Assembly (NCBI GenBank): GCA_001179505.1
Contig: CDMY01000356.1
Span: 372,001 to 436,000 of the forward strand
Direction: 5' to 3'
Length of the DNA: 64,000 bases
Origin: Vitrella brassicaformis CCMP3155
Lineage: Eukaryota > Protista > Chromerida
Each line of letters opens with the position of its first letter. Positions within the stretch are counted from its first letter, which is position 1. A program made the translations under genes and the position numbers. Shown one piece after another: positions 25,801 through 36,747 of this stretch. The notes under the pieces were generated by a model. That model was not told the origin of the DNA. It worked only from the letters and a program-made list of their open reading frames with translations, and searched no databases.

Positions 25801-28766
25801 TTGCACCCCTTGTCGCCGATGTCATGACTCGGCAGGCTGATGGGCACCTCCGTGAAGCCGATGTGGGCCGTGAGGCTGAGGTAGTAGAGGACCTTGACGT
25901 GCGGCGACAAGACCGAGCACGGCTCGGCCAAGCAGGCGAAGCGCCGCTCATTGCGGGACTCGCGGAGGGGCAGAAGCTCCACGACGGCGCCCTTGGGGAT
26001 CTCGCCTTCTGGGGCGTCCACATTGATCTCGCTCCTGTCGAGGTGGCAGCGATATGGGCAGCAGGGGTCGACCGAGGGGAAGATGCGACGAAAGCACTCG
26101 GTGTGGAAGAAGCGCCCGCACGACTGCATGCAGGCGAGAGAAAGACCATTATCCATACAGGCAGGCAGGCAGGCAAGCAGTGAGGGATTGCGTACGTACG
26201 CGTACCTGATCGCTACATGGATGGAGTGGTTGGTTGGTACCCCCACAGATGGTGCAGTACTCGCTAACTTCCCCGCCCCCCCACATGTCCTTCCCCTTCT
26301 TCTTGAGCGCCTCAAAACACGTCTTGCACAGCACCACCTTGTCCGCCAGGACCCCATCCAGCCACGCCATCTGGACCGATCTCCTCTTCTGCTGGCGCCC
26401 CTGCTGTGTGGCGATGGGGATGAACCTGGAGAGAAGAGGGTGGTCCACGACATGAGCACGCTCATCCACAGGCTTCTTGCAACGCCAGCAGCACCGCTCA
26501 TCGTGCTCGTCCGTCTCGTCCTGCGACTCATCCCGTGAGTCGCAAAGCGGCTGCGAATCGTCATCGGGAGCCGCTTTGAGGCAGACGAGACGATGTCCAG
26601 CCAGCCTCTCGAGGTCGCGGAGCGATTTGAAGGTCAAGATGAGCTTGCCGCCGACCCGATAAAGGCCAAAGGGGCGGGACTGGGCTGGCGACTCTGCATA
26701 CACACCACACCACACCACACCACACCAGACCATACACACGCGGAATGGTGCAGCGGCTGAGTGTGTGGTCTGAGATGTGCCTACGTTTTGTGTGTTCGTC
26801 GTTGATCATCCTTTCGATCCTTTCGATCGCACGACGCTCATCCTTGAAGTCTGCGAATAAGCGGCGAGACCGAGACCTGCAGGAAGGCACAAAACACACC
26901 AAGACAGACACACGTGTGTGTGTGTGTGTGTGTCTGTGATGTGTGTATGGGGAATGTACATCAGGCCGCCCGGCATACGTAGACTCACTTGTGCACGGGT
27001 AAGGTGAGGTCGACACCCTCCTTGTTCACCAGCGACGTGTCGGGACAGCCCTACACATTCACAACAAACAGGTCAACGACTATTCTGCCTGCCTGCCTGC
27101 CTGCCTGCATATCCCTTTCTGTTACTCACCGCCCATTTGACGACGTATGTGTTGCCTTTCCTGTCACACAGGACGAGTCTGATCTCCTGCAGCCACGACG
27201 AAAATGCCATGAAGATGGCTGCAGGAGCTTTTCGAGTGGATGGATCGTCGAACCTCGATCTCGTAGTGAGCCTGCCTCTCGGGCACCGTGGCCAACGGGT
27301 CCTCGTGGAGCCTCCTGAACCGCTCGATGCGGTCGATCATGCGTAGCCGCTTCTTGTTGTCATGCTCCATCTCAGCCACCAGCTCGTAAGCAGGCGCCGC
27401 CTCAAGCTGCTGCAGCACCTCGCGCAACTGGTCACACACACACACAGAGAGAGAGAAACAAATATGGACAAATGGCTCATCGGTCGCAATTATGTGTGTT
27501 GTGGGTCTCTGACGTGGCCAAAGAAGGCATCGTAGGTGTCAGGGCTGTCCAGCTGACCCGCCATATGATGCATGTGCCGGGGGATGCCGAGCGCGTTGAG
27601 TTGTTCGTCCGTCGCGCTCGCCAGCAGCTGCCTGGCCGAGCGGACGTGGGATGGCTCACTGAAGGCGGCTGCGGCTGCTGCTGGTGGTGCGTCTGCGAGG
27701 GCCCTCTGGTCCTCGTTGTAGATGTCATGCAGGCGCACCGTGTACAGAAGAGCCGCCAAACGCTCAGCAGCCTGGAACACATCCACACACACACACACAC
27801 ACACATATGCATATGCCAACAATGATTGAGGGCGTGTTGGTACGTATGTGAGAGAGTGGTCTGACCTCAATTTCGGCCTCGTTGACCACCCGAATCACCC
27901 TGAAGAAGGGTATCTTTTTGGTACCATACTCATGGTACAACTCCTGCACCAGCACGGCCTGCAGACACACGGACACACACAGACGGCACAGAGCACTACA
28001 GGGAATGCAGGCGGAGAGTGCTGATCCGTGTCTAGTGCTCGCCTCGTCGGGTTGGAGGCTCGGCAGAAGGATAAGTGTGCCCCCCAGCGACTGGACGACA
28101 CACAAATAACACCACACCCACAGCACAGACGTCATGAATGGATGGTTGATGGATAGAATCAGTGAGTCGTACCCTCTTTGGTGGCTGCAGCCTCCTTCTC
28201 CTCTTGGGCAGGCCAGGCTCCTCTTTGATGACCACTCCCGGCGGCAAAAGCATCCCACCACCGCCACCGCCACTATCATCAGCAGCAGCACCACCAGCGG
28301 CCGCAGCAGCAGCCGCTCCGCCAACATCTGCACTGTCGTCTGGCCGCCCTGCGATGTGCCGGCCCTCCCCTCTTCGCCCCTGCCGGCTCCTGACCTCACG
28401 GTCTCGACCATCCACAAATCCCAACCCCGTCGCCGAGTCAGCTTCTTGCCGATTGCGCGAGGGAGCTCGACTTCGACTAGTGCCGGTGGAAGCCGCTGGC
28501 TGCTCGTGGCTGCCTGGCCGCTGGCTCGGTCGGCGGATGCGACGGTCGGGGCTTCGAGACCGTCCCGCGTCAGCCCGTGGCTCGTCGCAAGGCTCGTCGA
28601 CTCGTCGCTGGCGGTGACTCTTGGCAGTAGGCTTCTCCGCAGCGGGTGGCGCGTTGCGGCCTTCTGCACGGGCAACGCGAGGGGGAGAGGGAGAGGGCTC
28701 GGGTGACGGACTTGTAAGGTCTATCGCGTCCTCAGCTGTTCGCCCTTGCTGTTGCTGTAGTGCCAT
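22809..28766 (-). CDS. C5-cytosine DNA methyltransferase with an N-terminal ADD (ATRX-DNMT3-DNMT3L-like) zinc finger
   Basis: After splicing, motifs appear in canonical order: I KTASYCCSAGFLTAGI (~25280-25236), II LGVEKD, IV RIVDAGTPCQ|GFS (intron 24877-24812), VI IVLE|NVKGL (intron 24687-24609), VIII GQWRERL (24483-24469), IX-like IPP|VIKWDSQD, X QQM|VSDCVPPAAAQSIA. ADD finger at 26493-26041. ATG 28766, stop 22811-22809. Confidence 0.85.
26041..26493 (-). other. ADD-like zinc-finger domain of the methyltransferase
   Basis: CWRC..DHPLL..VVLCKTCF..SEYCTICGG..HPCSDQ|SCGRFFHTECFRRIF..CCPYRCH. This follows the GATA-like CxxC-HP-CxxC plus PHD-like pattern of ATRX/DNMT3 ADD domains. One phase-0 intron at 26205-26124. 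Confidence 0.75.
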
Positions 28767-29321
28767 CCTCCGCAACTCCCCTGATAGGCTAAGGCCTTCC
28801 TTGGTCAGCGGTAAGCGATGACGGCTGAGAGACCGATGCTATGCTATGGGAGAGTTCCAATACGCTCTCATGATGTCATTGATGATTGATTGATGATTGA
28901 TCGAACTCATTCAGGACAGACGAGAAATGACGATCCACAAGAAGTCACATATTCGTAGGCATCAATGCACCAAGGAAGACAGATTGATGCCTGAATGAAT
29001 GAATTAGTCCTGCAAAGCGACGGGACAGATGCCAAGGAGTGAGTCCCCCCGTCCCCTACCACTGACTGCCCTCCCCTGCCAGTGTGCCATATCCATGGTC
29101 CTTCGAGATGCAATTTGATCGAACCCATTGCAACCAACACGACGTGAAATCACCATCCATAAGAAGTCACACATACGTATGCGTCAATGCGTCCAGGAAA
29201 ACAAATTGGCGCCTGGCCTGCATGAGTGCTGCAAAGCGACGCGGCCCATCCCATCGCCCTCTCACCTCACCCCATCGTCACCAACCACCGCCCTCGCTCA
29301 GCCACCATTCCGCCCGCCACC

Positions 29322-31724
29322 TTATCTGTCCGCCCCAGGTCTATCTGCAGCCGCCAGAGGCCTCGACAGCTTTTGCACGAGATGGCCGCTGTGCTCGTAG
29401 ATACGAGCCATGCGATCCTGACACACACAGACACAGACAAGGTCGACAGACACAACCATGCATGCCGTTTCCGTGACCAGTGGACGGACCTGCAGCTCCA
29501 GATGGGCTCGCCGCAGCGAATGCAACTCATCACTCAGCGCCGCACACTCTGCGCGCCTCGCCTCGCTGCACACACACACACACAGTTGCAACACAATGAC
29601 AGGAATATCTGAGCTGTGGTTGCTGCCGATGTCGGGGCGTCTACCTTTCGGCAACGGTGGCGGCCCGCGTGTTGGTTCGCCATCTGTGCAGGGCATGTCG
29701 CTGCATCTTGCCCCAATGCAGCACGGCCATGCGCTCGGCAGCCCTCATCCACAGCATGTGTCGACGGCATCGGCCCCACGCCCACCGAGCCGCCGAGAGG
29801 AAGGGCCGCCTCAGTCGGGTCTCCATCTTGTGGGCGGCCAGCCGACGGCCATAGAAGACACACCTACACCAACAGAAGGAGGACACGTCTATGAGTATCG
29901 ATGCTGCCTCTTGCCTGCCTGCCTGCCTCCGTCCTCACCTGTATGCCATCCACGCCCGTCTCAACATCGCCCGTTGGCGCCGCCTCACCAGCAGCTCACC
30001 CAGCCTGTGAATCGCCCTCCCCCTCAAGGCCTCCCGCCGAAGTCGCCGCCACGCACGTGCCACATCACGACGCTCCACCGACCGCCTCAATTGGGCCGTC
30101 AGGTCCTGGCGCTGAGCCTGCCGTGCGAGGGTAGCCTGGTGCCAGGCGGTGAATGCCAGACGGCGGCCGTGGCGCCTGAGGCGGTCACTGTGGACGTGGT
30201 CGGCGGTGGCCGTGTCCTTGGTGACGCGGGCACTGTGCTGAGTGAGGGATACAGAGAGGCACACAAGACAACATTTTCATTGAATGAGACCGGCGTGGTG
30301 TGCCAGGGTCGCTTGTGGTGGTGTCGTACCCGCTGGAGGGCCGTGAGGGCTGCCCGAAGGCTGCTTGTGTGCCACCTGCTGATGGCCTCACCCAACTGTC
30401 CCACGGCGCCATGCCACCTAGTCAGCGGCCGCTCTCCCGCAACCGTGGCCCATCCCCTCACACACCGCTGCAGCAGCGCCCGCCGCCGACCCCCAGCCAT
30501 CGTCACCAGCCTCTTATACTGATCCACTAGCCTGCTATCGGCACCAAGCGACGCCTGCAGTGCCTCCCACGACATGGCCTCCCCCTGGTCCAACAGCCGA
30601 GGCATGGCAATCTGTGCCCTGGCCAGGATGAATCGCTGGAAGGGGACCTGGATGTCATCGGGGAGGAACTGCTGCCCACCCACCTGCTCCCAGAACGACT
30701 GAGAGGACTGGGGCGGTCTTGGTGGGCGGGGCGGGGGAGGCTGCGGCACCGTCAGATCGCAGTCGGCTCGCCGCTTGAAGGCCGGGATGCAGAAGCGCGA
30801 CGAGAAAGATGGGTCGTGTGGGGGCGGCTGGTCTCGGTCTCGGTCTCTTGGTGGGCCGGCCTCATCATCGGCCGTGAGGCTGGTTGGTGCCGGCGGCATC
30901 TTCACTATGATATCGCGATGCTGCGATGGCTCGACAGGCGACGGCTGGTGGAGGGAGGGGGAGGATGGCTGTGAGAGGGGGACAAAGGGATGGCCCTTCA
31001 GATCAGCCGTGGTCCTAGTCTTGACCAGTGACGAGAAGCTCAGCGGCGTCTTCTTGGACGAGGCCGAGTCCAGCAGCGGCCCGGGTGGGCTGGTGGCGTC
31101 GTCCGGCTTGCTCGCCTCGGTCTCTAGAGACTGATCCACAGCAGCAAAAGGCCGCTGCTGATGCAGCGGTGCCCTCATGGAAGGGGATGGCACCCGCGGA
31201 TCTGACCTCCCAGAACTGAACAGCCCAGACGACCGCCTCAGAGAAGATGCCAGCTCTCGCTCTCGGTCTCGCGGTGGCGGCACCGGTGAGCTCGCCAACG
31301 CGTCGGGCAGAGGCGGCAACAGACCCTCTATCTCAGCAACACCATCCAGACGAACGCTCAGAGGAGCAGACAGGTCGAGAGCCGCGCCGCCGCCGTCGTG
31401 CCTGACGCTTCGCTGCAAGGCCGCCGGTCCTTCATCCCCGCTACTGGCACCCATGGTGGCGTGGAAGGGCACCGGCCTCGCGGCTGCTGTGGTCCTTATC
31501 GGCGTTCGTCGCGGCACATCGGGCTGCAGGCTGCTGAATCGTGACTCGGTGGACTCGTGTAGGGATGACCGCCGCCTCTGGCTGCGATGAAGCGTGTGCA
31601 CTGGGGGAGTCTCCCTGACGCTGCCCGATGAGCGAAGGGAGCGGCCGGAAGTTCCCAGGCGGTCAGCGGTGGTGCGCTTTGGCGTGGCCTTCTGTGAGGA
31701 ACTCCTTACCCTGCCCCGATTCAT
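29322..31724 (-). CDS. Arg/Trp-repeat coiled-coil protein, Sfi1-like (putative centrin-binding), with a disordered N-terminus
   Basis: Periodic Trp in basic helical segments (LLQRCVRGW, AISRW, LAFTAW, VARAW, LRRAW, HALHRW). Ser/Pro-rich N-terminal half. Terminal exon DRMARIYEH...GADR* ends at 29322. Confidence 0.5.
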
Positions 31725-31971
31725 CCTGCGCTCTAGCCACTTGCGAGCTCAAAATCTGATTTGCGAGCTTAAGAGTTTTCAGCGACGGCTTTCGCGCAGA
31801 GGATGCAATGAGCACGTACGCCAGAGCGAGGAGGCTACGTTCTCCTCGTAGATCTCCGACATGGGCTGCGTGAGGACGCCACCTCGACGAAGCCTGTAAG
31901 TACGGCAGCTGAAGACGGGCACCTGTCAGACGCACGGGCCCTGCCTGCATTCGCGTAGACTGCATACAGCC

Positions 31972-34922
31972 ATGCAGGTGAAGCCAGCGGTGTTGCTGCT
32001 GGGTCTGACGGCAGCATGCCGGTCATCAGCGGCTGGTCAAGATAACGGCGCCTCGCCGTCTGATGGATCCCCAGTGCCGATATCTGTCCCGCTGCACCAT
32101 TACAAGAAGCCCCGTGTGCCGTCTGGTCGGCGTGTCAACGTGACGAGCCTGCTGTGTGGCCTGATAGAGCTGGTGGATATTGACAATGTGCAATACGTAC
32201 GTGACGTGTGTATGCGGGAGGGGGAGGGAGGAGGGGAACCGAACCAGTCAGTGCACTCAGTGCACTAACTTGCCTTCTTTTGCTTGCGTGTGTGTGTGTG
32301 TGTTGGCTGCAGTACGGCAATGTGGGTATCGGCACACCGCCCCAGGTCATGCGGCTGACATTCGACACAGGTGAGGGAGTGGGAAAAGAAAGGACGGCAC
32401 GCTGGCTGGCGTGTGTATTGATGGTATGTCCATGATCAGGTTCGGCTGACGTCTGGGTGCCCTCCCCCGCTTGCCGGCCCTGCCAGACACCCAGAGTCTT
32501 CGACCCTAGGTCCACACACATACACGAAAGAAAGGCGCACCCACACGTTCCCTGTGTTAACATGTGTTGTGCAGCAAGTCGAGGACGTTTGTGAGCAGCA
32601 GCGTGTATGAGGTTTTGCACTACGGCAAGGGCATCGTCATGGGCTCCGTCGCATACGACACCATCAGCCTCGGCGGCTACTACCTGCACGCACAGAACAT
32701 GCTACTCGTTGAAGAGGAAGACCAATTCGAAGGTAGGGCCGTCCGTCATCACATGCACTGCACCGGTCTGCACAACACACACACACGCGGTCAGTCTGCT
32801 CACTGTAAATACTGTGAGCGCGTTGTTGTGTCAGGGGCGACCTTTGACGGCGTGCTGGGTCTGGCGTGGGACGCTATCGCCCACACAGGAGCTACCGTGT
32901 TCAGCAGGTCAGAGAGAGCAACCGCCCCAAACGCAGGCACCTTACCTTTCCGACATACATCCGTCTTGCGTACCTGCCGTGCCGTCTGTCAGGATGGTTG
33001 CCAAGAGGCTGATCCCCTCGCCGGTGTTTTCGGTGGCCCTCACCGCCGGCGCGGGCTCAGAGCTCATTGTGGGCGGCGTCGACGCCAACAGATTCGATAA
33101 AGCCACTCTCGCGTAAGACCTCCACCACCATCACAGCACCCTCCACACACACACACACACACACGAAGACCATGTCATTCGGTGTGTCATTGGTCAGTTG
33201 GGCGCCTGTGATAGAGTTCAAGTGGTGGGCGATTGAGGGGTCCTTCGGCGTGGGCAGCAAGGTGCTCTTCAAGGACATCAAGCTGGTGGTCGACACGGGC
33301 ACATCCTACTTCAACATTCCAGCACCATACTTCAGAGTCAGCCAGCCTGCCAACCCAACCGCACATCTGAAACACTACGACACGACCGACACCCATGACA
33401 TGTCTATCTCTGTGTCTGTCGTGCTGCAGACGTTTGCTCTCGCCCTTCTGACGCACGACAATATGGAGAGATGCTTCGTACGCAACACACACCCACACAC
33501 CACACGCCTGATCGAACACACATGGCCGGTCGGCATGTCTGTCTGTCTGCATCTTCCTGCCCGATGTCATCCATTGATCGATCCATCAGGTTGATGCTCA
33601 GTTGAGTGTGCTGGTGTGTGAGTGCGGACTCGCACACAAAGCGCCACCACTCACATTCAACGTCGGCGGGCGCGTCTTCTCCATCCCGGCCCTCTACTTC
33701 TTCTCTGAGCCACTGCCTGACGGCCTCTGCATCCTTGAGGTAGGTAACTTAGCAGGGACACATATATGTGGTCAGCACATGACTTGATGGCATTCCTGTG
33801 TGCATCTGTGACGGTGCAGGTATCAGCCGGCCCCGAGACGCTGCCATGGATATTGGGTGACGTGTTTCTGCGGCGCGTGTACGCCATATTCGACGTCGAG
33901 AAGGGCCGAGTCGGCCTGGCGGAAAGGTTCGCCGCGCCCCACACCGCCCATCACACACGTCTGTGCATGCATCCTCCTTCCATCAATCAGGCTTGACGGC
34001 TGGCCTTCCAGCAGCAAAGCCATCAACGTGGAGGCGAATCTCGTGTCACTTGACGCCCTCTCCCCCTTCTCCCTCCCCATCACGGCCAACGCATCCTGGG
34101 CCACACCATCGCTGGCCGGGGACGGCAGGGGCTGGCAGCGGCAGAAGCCGCAAACAGACCCGCCCTCCTATGTGCCTTCGCCCCTGCAGTGGGTGGCGGG
34201 GGGGCTGCTGCTCGCTGTCTTCTTCACATGCTTCTGGTGAGCTCGCTCACTCGCCCACACAAATGAAGGACGGACAGATGGGGTGCTCATGCATGGTGTT
34301 GTCGTTGTGTGTTTGCAGCCTCGGTTCGCTCCCCATTTTGAAGCTGTTGTGGCAGCGCATCCGGCAGAGTCTCTTCCTGCTCACCGGCGGCTCGCGGCTG
34401 ACCATCGACATGCCACACAGAGGTCCCGCAGACGGCCAGCCCGACGACGACATGATGCTCGACGGCGGGTCCTACTGCATGGCCCCCGGCAGCTCCCAAC
34501 CGGCCGCCGGGTCCACCGACTCACCCAGAGGGCACGTGCGCATGAACATCCGCACAGCCCCGGTGGGAGCCGACCCATCTACCGGCTTCCACACCAGTCT
34601 GGTGGCCAGTGACTCGATGGTGTCCATCCCGTCGCTGCCGAGTGTGTCGAATGTGACCCCTCTCCACAAGACCAACCACTCGCATGGTCCTGCGCAGATA
34701 GTGGATCTGACGACGGCCGAGGGGACACAGGAGGCACAGAGGGCCAATGGTGGCCGTGCTGGGGCCGTTGCGAGCGGCGTGTCGCGGGCGCGCCAGTGGC
34801 TGTCGTTCTGGACGGGGACGGGGGCGCGGAGGGTTGTGGATCCTCAGGCTCTGCTTCGCGACACTGCGGTGACCGAGGAAGGGCAGGATAGTGCCCACCA
34901 GTCGACACATGACGTCAACTAG
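31972..34922 (+). CDS. Pepsin-family (A1) aspartic protease with signal peptide, C-terminal TM helix and cytoplasmic tail
   Basis: YGNVGIGTPPQ..FDTG|SADVW, flap LHYGKG, FDGVLGLAW, second catalytic VVDTGTSY, WILGDVFLRRVYAIFD, TM WVAGGLLLAVFFTCF. Stop 34920-34922. Confidence 0.9.
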
Positions 34923-36548
34923 GGAGGGGGATGGTTGGGGGAGGTGGGAGGGCTTCTGTTTTGTAGGGAGGTTGGGTCTGCAGAGATGTATGGCATCATG
35001 TGTGGCGGCTAGGGGTCTGTCTCTCTGTCTGGATGACCGTCTGTCTGCCTGTCTGTCTGTCTGGCTGGCTGGCTGGCTATTGTGACATGTGAGCTACATG
35101 CATGCATACATACCTTCGTACGTGTGTAGTGGAGGAGTGGCGGGGGTTGAGGGGCCCTTCACGCCGTTCCTTCTCTTTTTCTGGTCGGGCTATCCGATCG
35201 ACGGCAATTCCCTCACAGATTTTCCGTAGGTGTCTCTCTGTCGTATGTATCTGCACGAGACCATGGGAGAGAGAGGGTGAATGGGTGAGGTGAGTTCCTA
35301 AGTCATCTATCTGCCTGCGACATGACATGCATGTGTGTGCATCCGTCCGTCTGTCTGTCTGTCTGCTGCATGTACGTACGTGTGGTCTGTCTACACGACA
35401 CGTGGTACATGAGTGTGCGTGTCAAGAGTGGAGTGTGGACGATGGCCGGCCTGTTTGTACACGTACGCGTCTGTCTCTGTTTGGGTGGGTGCTTAGTGTC
35501 CATATCCAGTACATATTTGTAACCCTGACTGACTCGACTCATGTGTGTCGGTCGTGCCCCCTTCTTGCCATCCACACCACACCACACCCATACGGACTGA
35601 CTATATGGAGGGACACCTCGCTCATTGCGCTATCTATCTATCTATCTGCCGCATACGCTGGCTGCATACAGACACGTGTGTGAGAGTGCACATGATGGGA
35701 TGGATGGCGGGTGCGTCGTGTCTGAGACAGACAGACCTGTGTGCGCTTTATGTGTAGTGGAGGGCGTCTGCAAGCTTACACACACGCACATGTGAGTGAC
35801 CGTGCGTATGTATGGTGAGGGCTATGTGTGCCTGAGTGCAGACTGACTCGAACGAACCGGAATCAAGGTTCATCCACCTGAGTGCACGTCCGATAGCACA
35901 CTCGACCCTCATCACATCCACGATGGACAGTCAAATATCATGCATAATATCAAATGCAGCCAGCGATAGATAGATGCGGAATGCTCGTTCTCAACGACAG
36001 ACGAGGCCTGAACCCCTCGGCCCGGAAATTGGTTGTTCGGTGTCTGCCTTTTCTCGACTGCCTGCCGTCCATGACAGTGTCTGGTGATGGGTGGCGTGAC
36101 TCGTGTGTATGTTGATGGCTTGCAGCCTTTTATTTGACGCTTACATGTGCGACTGCTGATGAAAAAGGCGATAGAAGCGGTCGATTCTCGGCACCTGCCG
36201 TATCCACCAAGAGAAACTCATCCAAAGTGATTGGGGTTCACTGCGGCTGGGTGATTGACTCCTGGCGAGTCCTGTGAGCCCATCAGAAGGGCTCCTTCTC
36301 CCTCCTCTGTCGGCCTGCAGCCGATCGATGCGAGCCAAAGAAAGTGGGCGAGAAAAACGAAACGATTCGTCCTTCAGGCCCGCAGTGCAGTGAGGACCTG
36401 TTGAGCGGACGAGTCCGCTTGTCCACCGCTCAGCCGCCTCTCGCGAGATCCATTAGCGGCCTTATCCATCGCGCCACGTAGCGGCTTCTCGTCCGACGGT
36501 GAGTGGGAAGATGCGGCGATTGGCTCACTCACAAGCCCGGTGTGTGTT

Positions 36549-36590
36549 GGTGGTCTTCAGGTCTGCCTTGGTGGTCTTCAGGTCTGCCTT
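36549..36590. repeat. 21-bp perfect tandem duplication (GGTGGTCTTCAGGTCTGCCTT)x2
   Basis: Directly visible just upstream of the ankyrin gene. Confidence 0.85.
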
Positions 36591-36747
36591 GTCGGCGGGC
36601 GAGTCGGATTGATGAATGGTCACCTCATACGTTGATAGGCAAGCCCTGATGCACGCAACACACAGGCACACACAGGCACACACCAGGCCCATCTCTGTGT
36701 GTGTGTTCCATGGTGCAGCTGTCTGTGTGTTTGAGTGAGTGAGAGCG

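Noticed and set aside
22809-28766. Methyltransferase as part of a retrotransposon or viral insert, as described for dinoflagellate DNMT-carrying elements
   Set aside because: No RT, integrase, tyrosine recombinase, LTR, TIR or TSD is seen nearby, and the gene has many host-type introns.
36402-36448. Short inverted repeat AGCGGAC-GA-GTCCGCT and palindrome TCTCGCGAGA
   Set aside because: Too short to exceed chance in GC-rich DNA, and no RNA-family or transposon-end context is visible.
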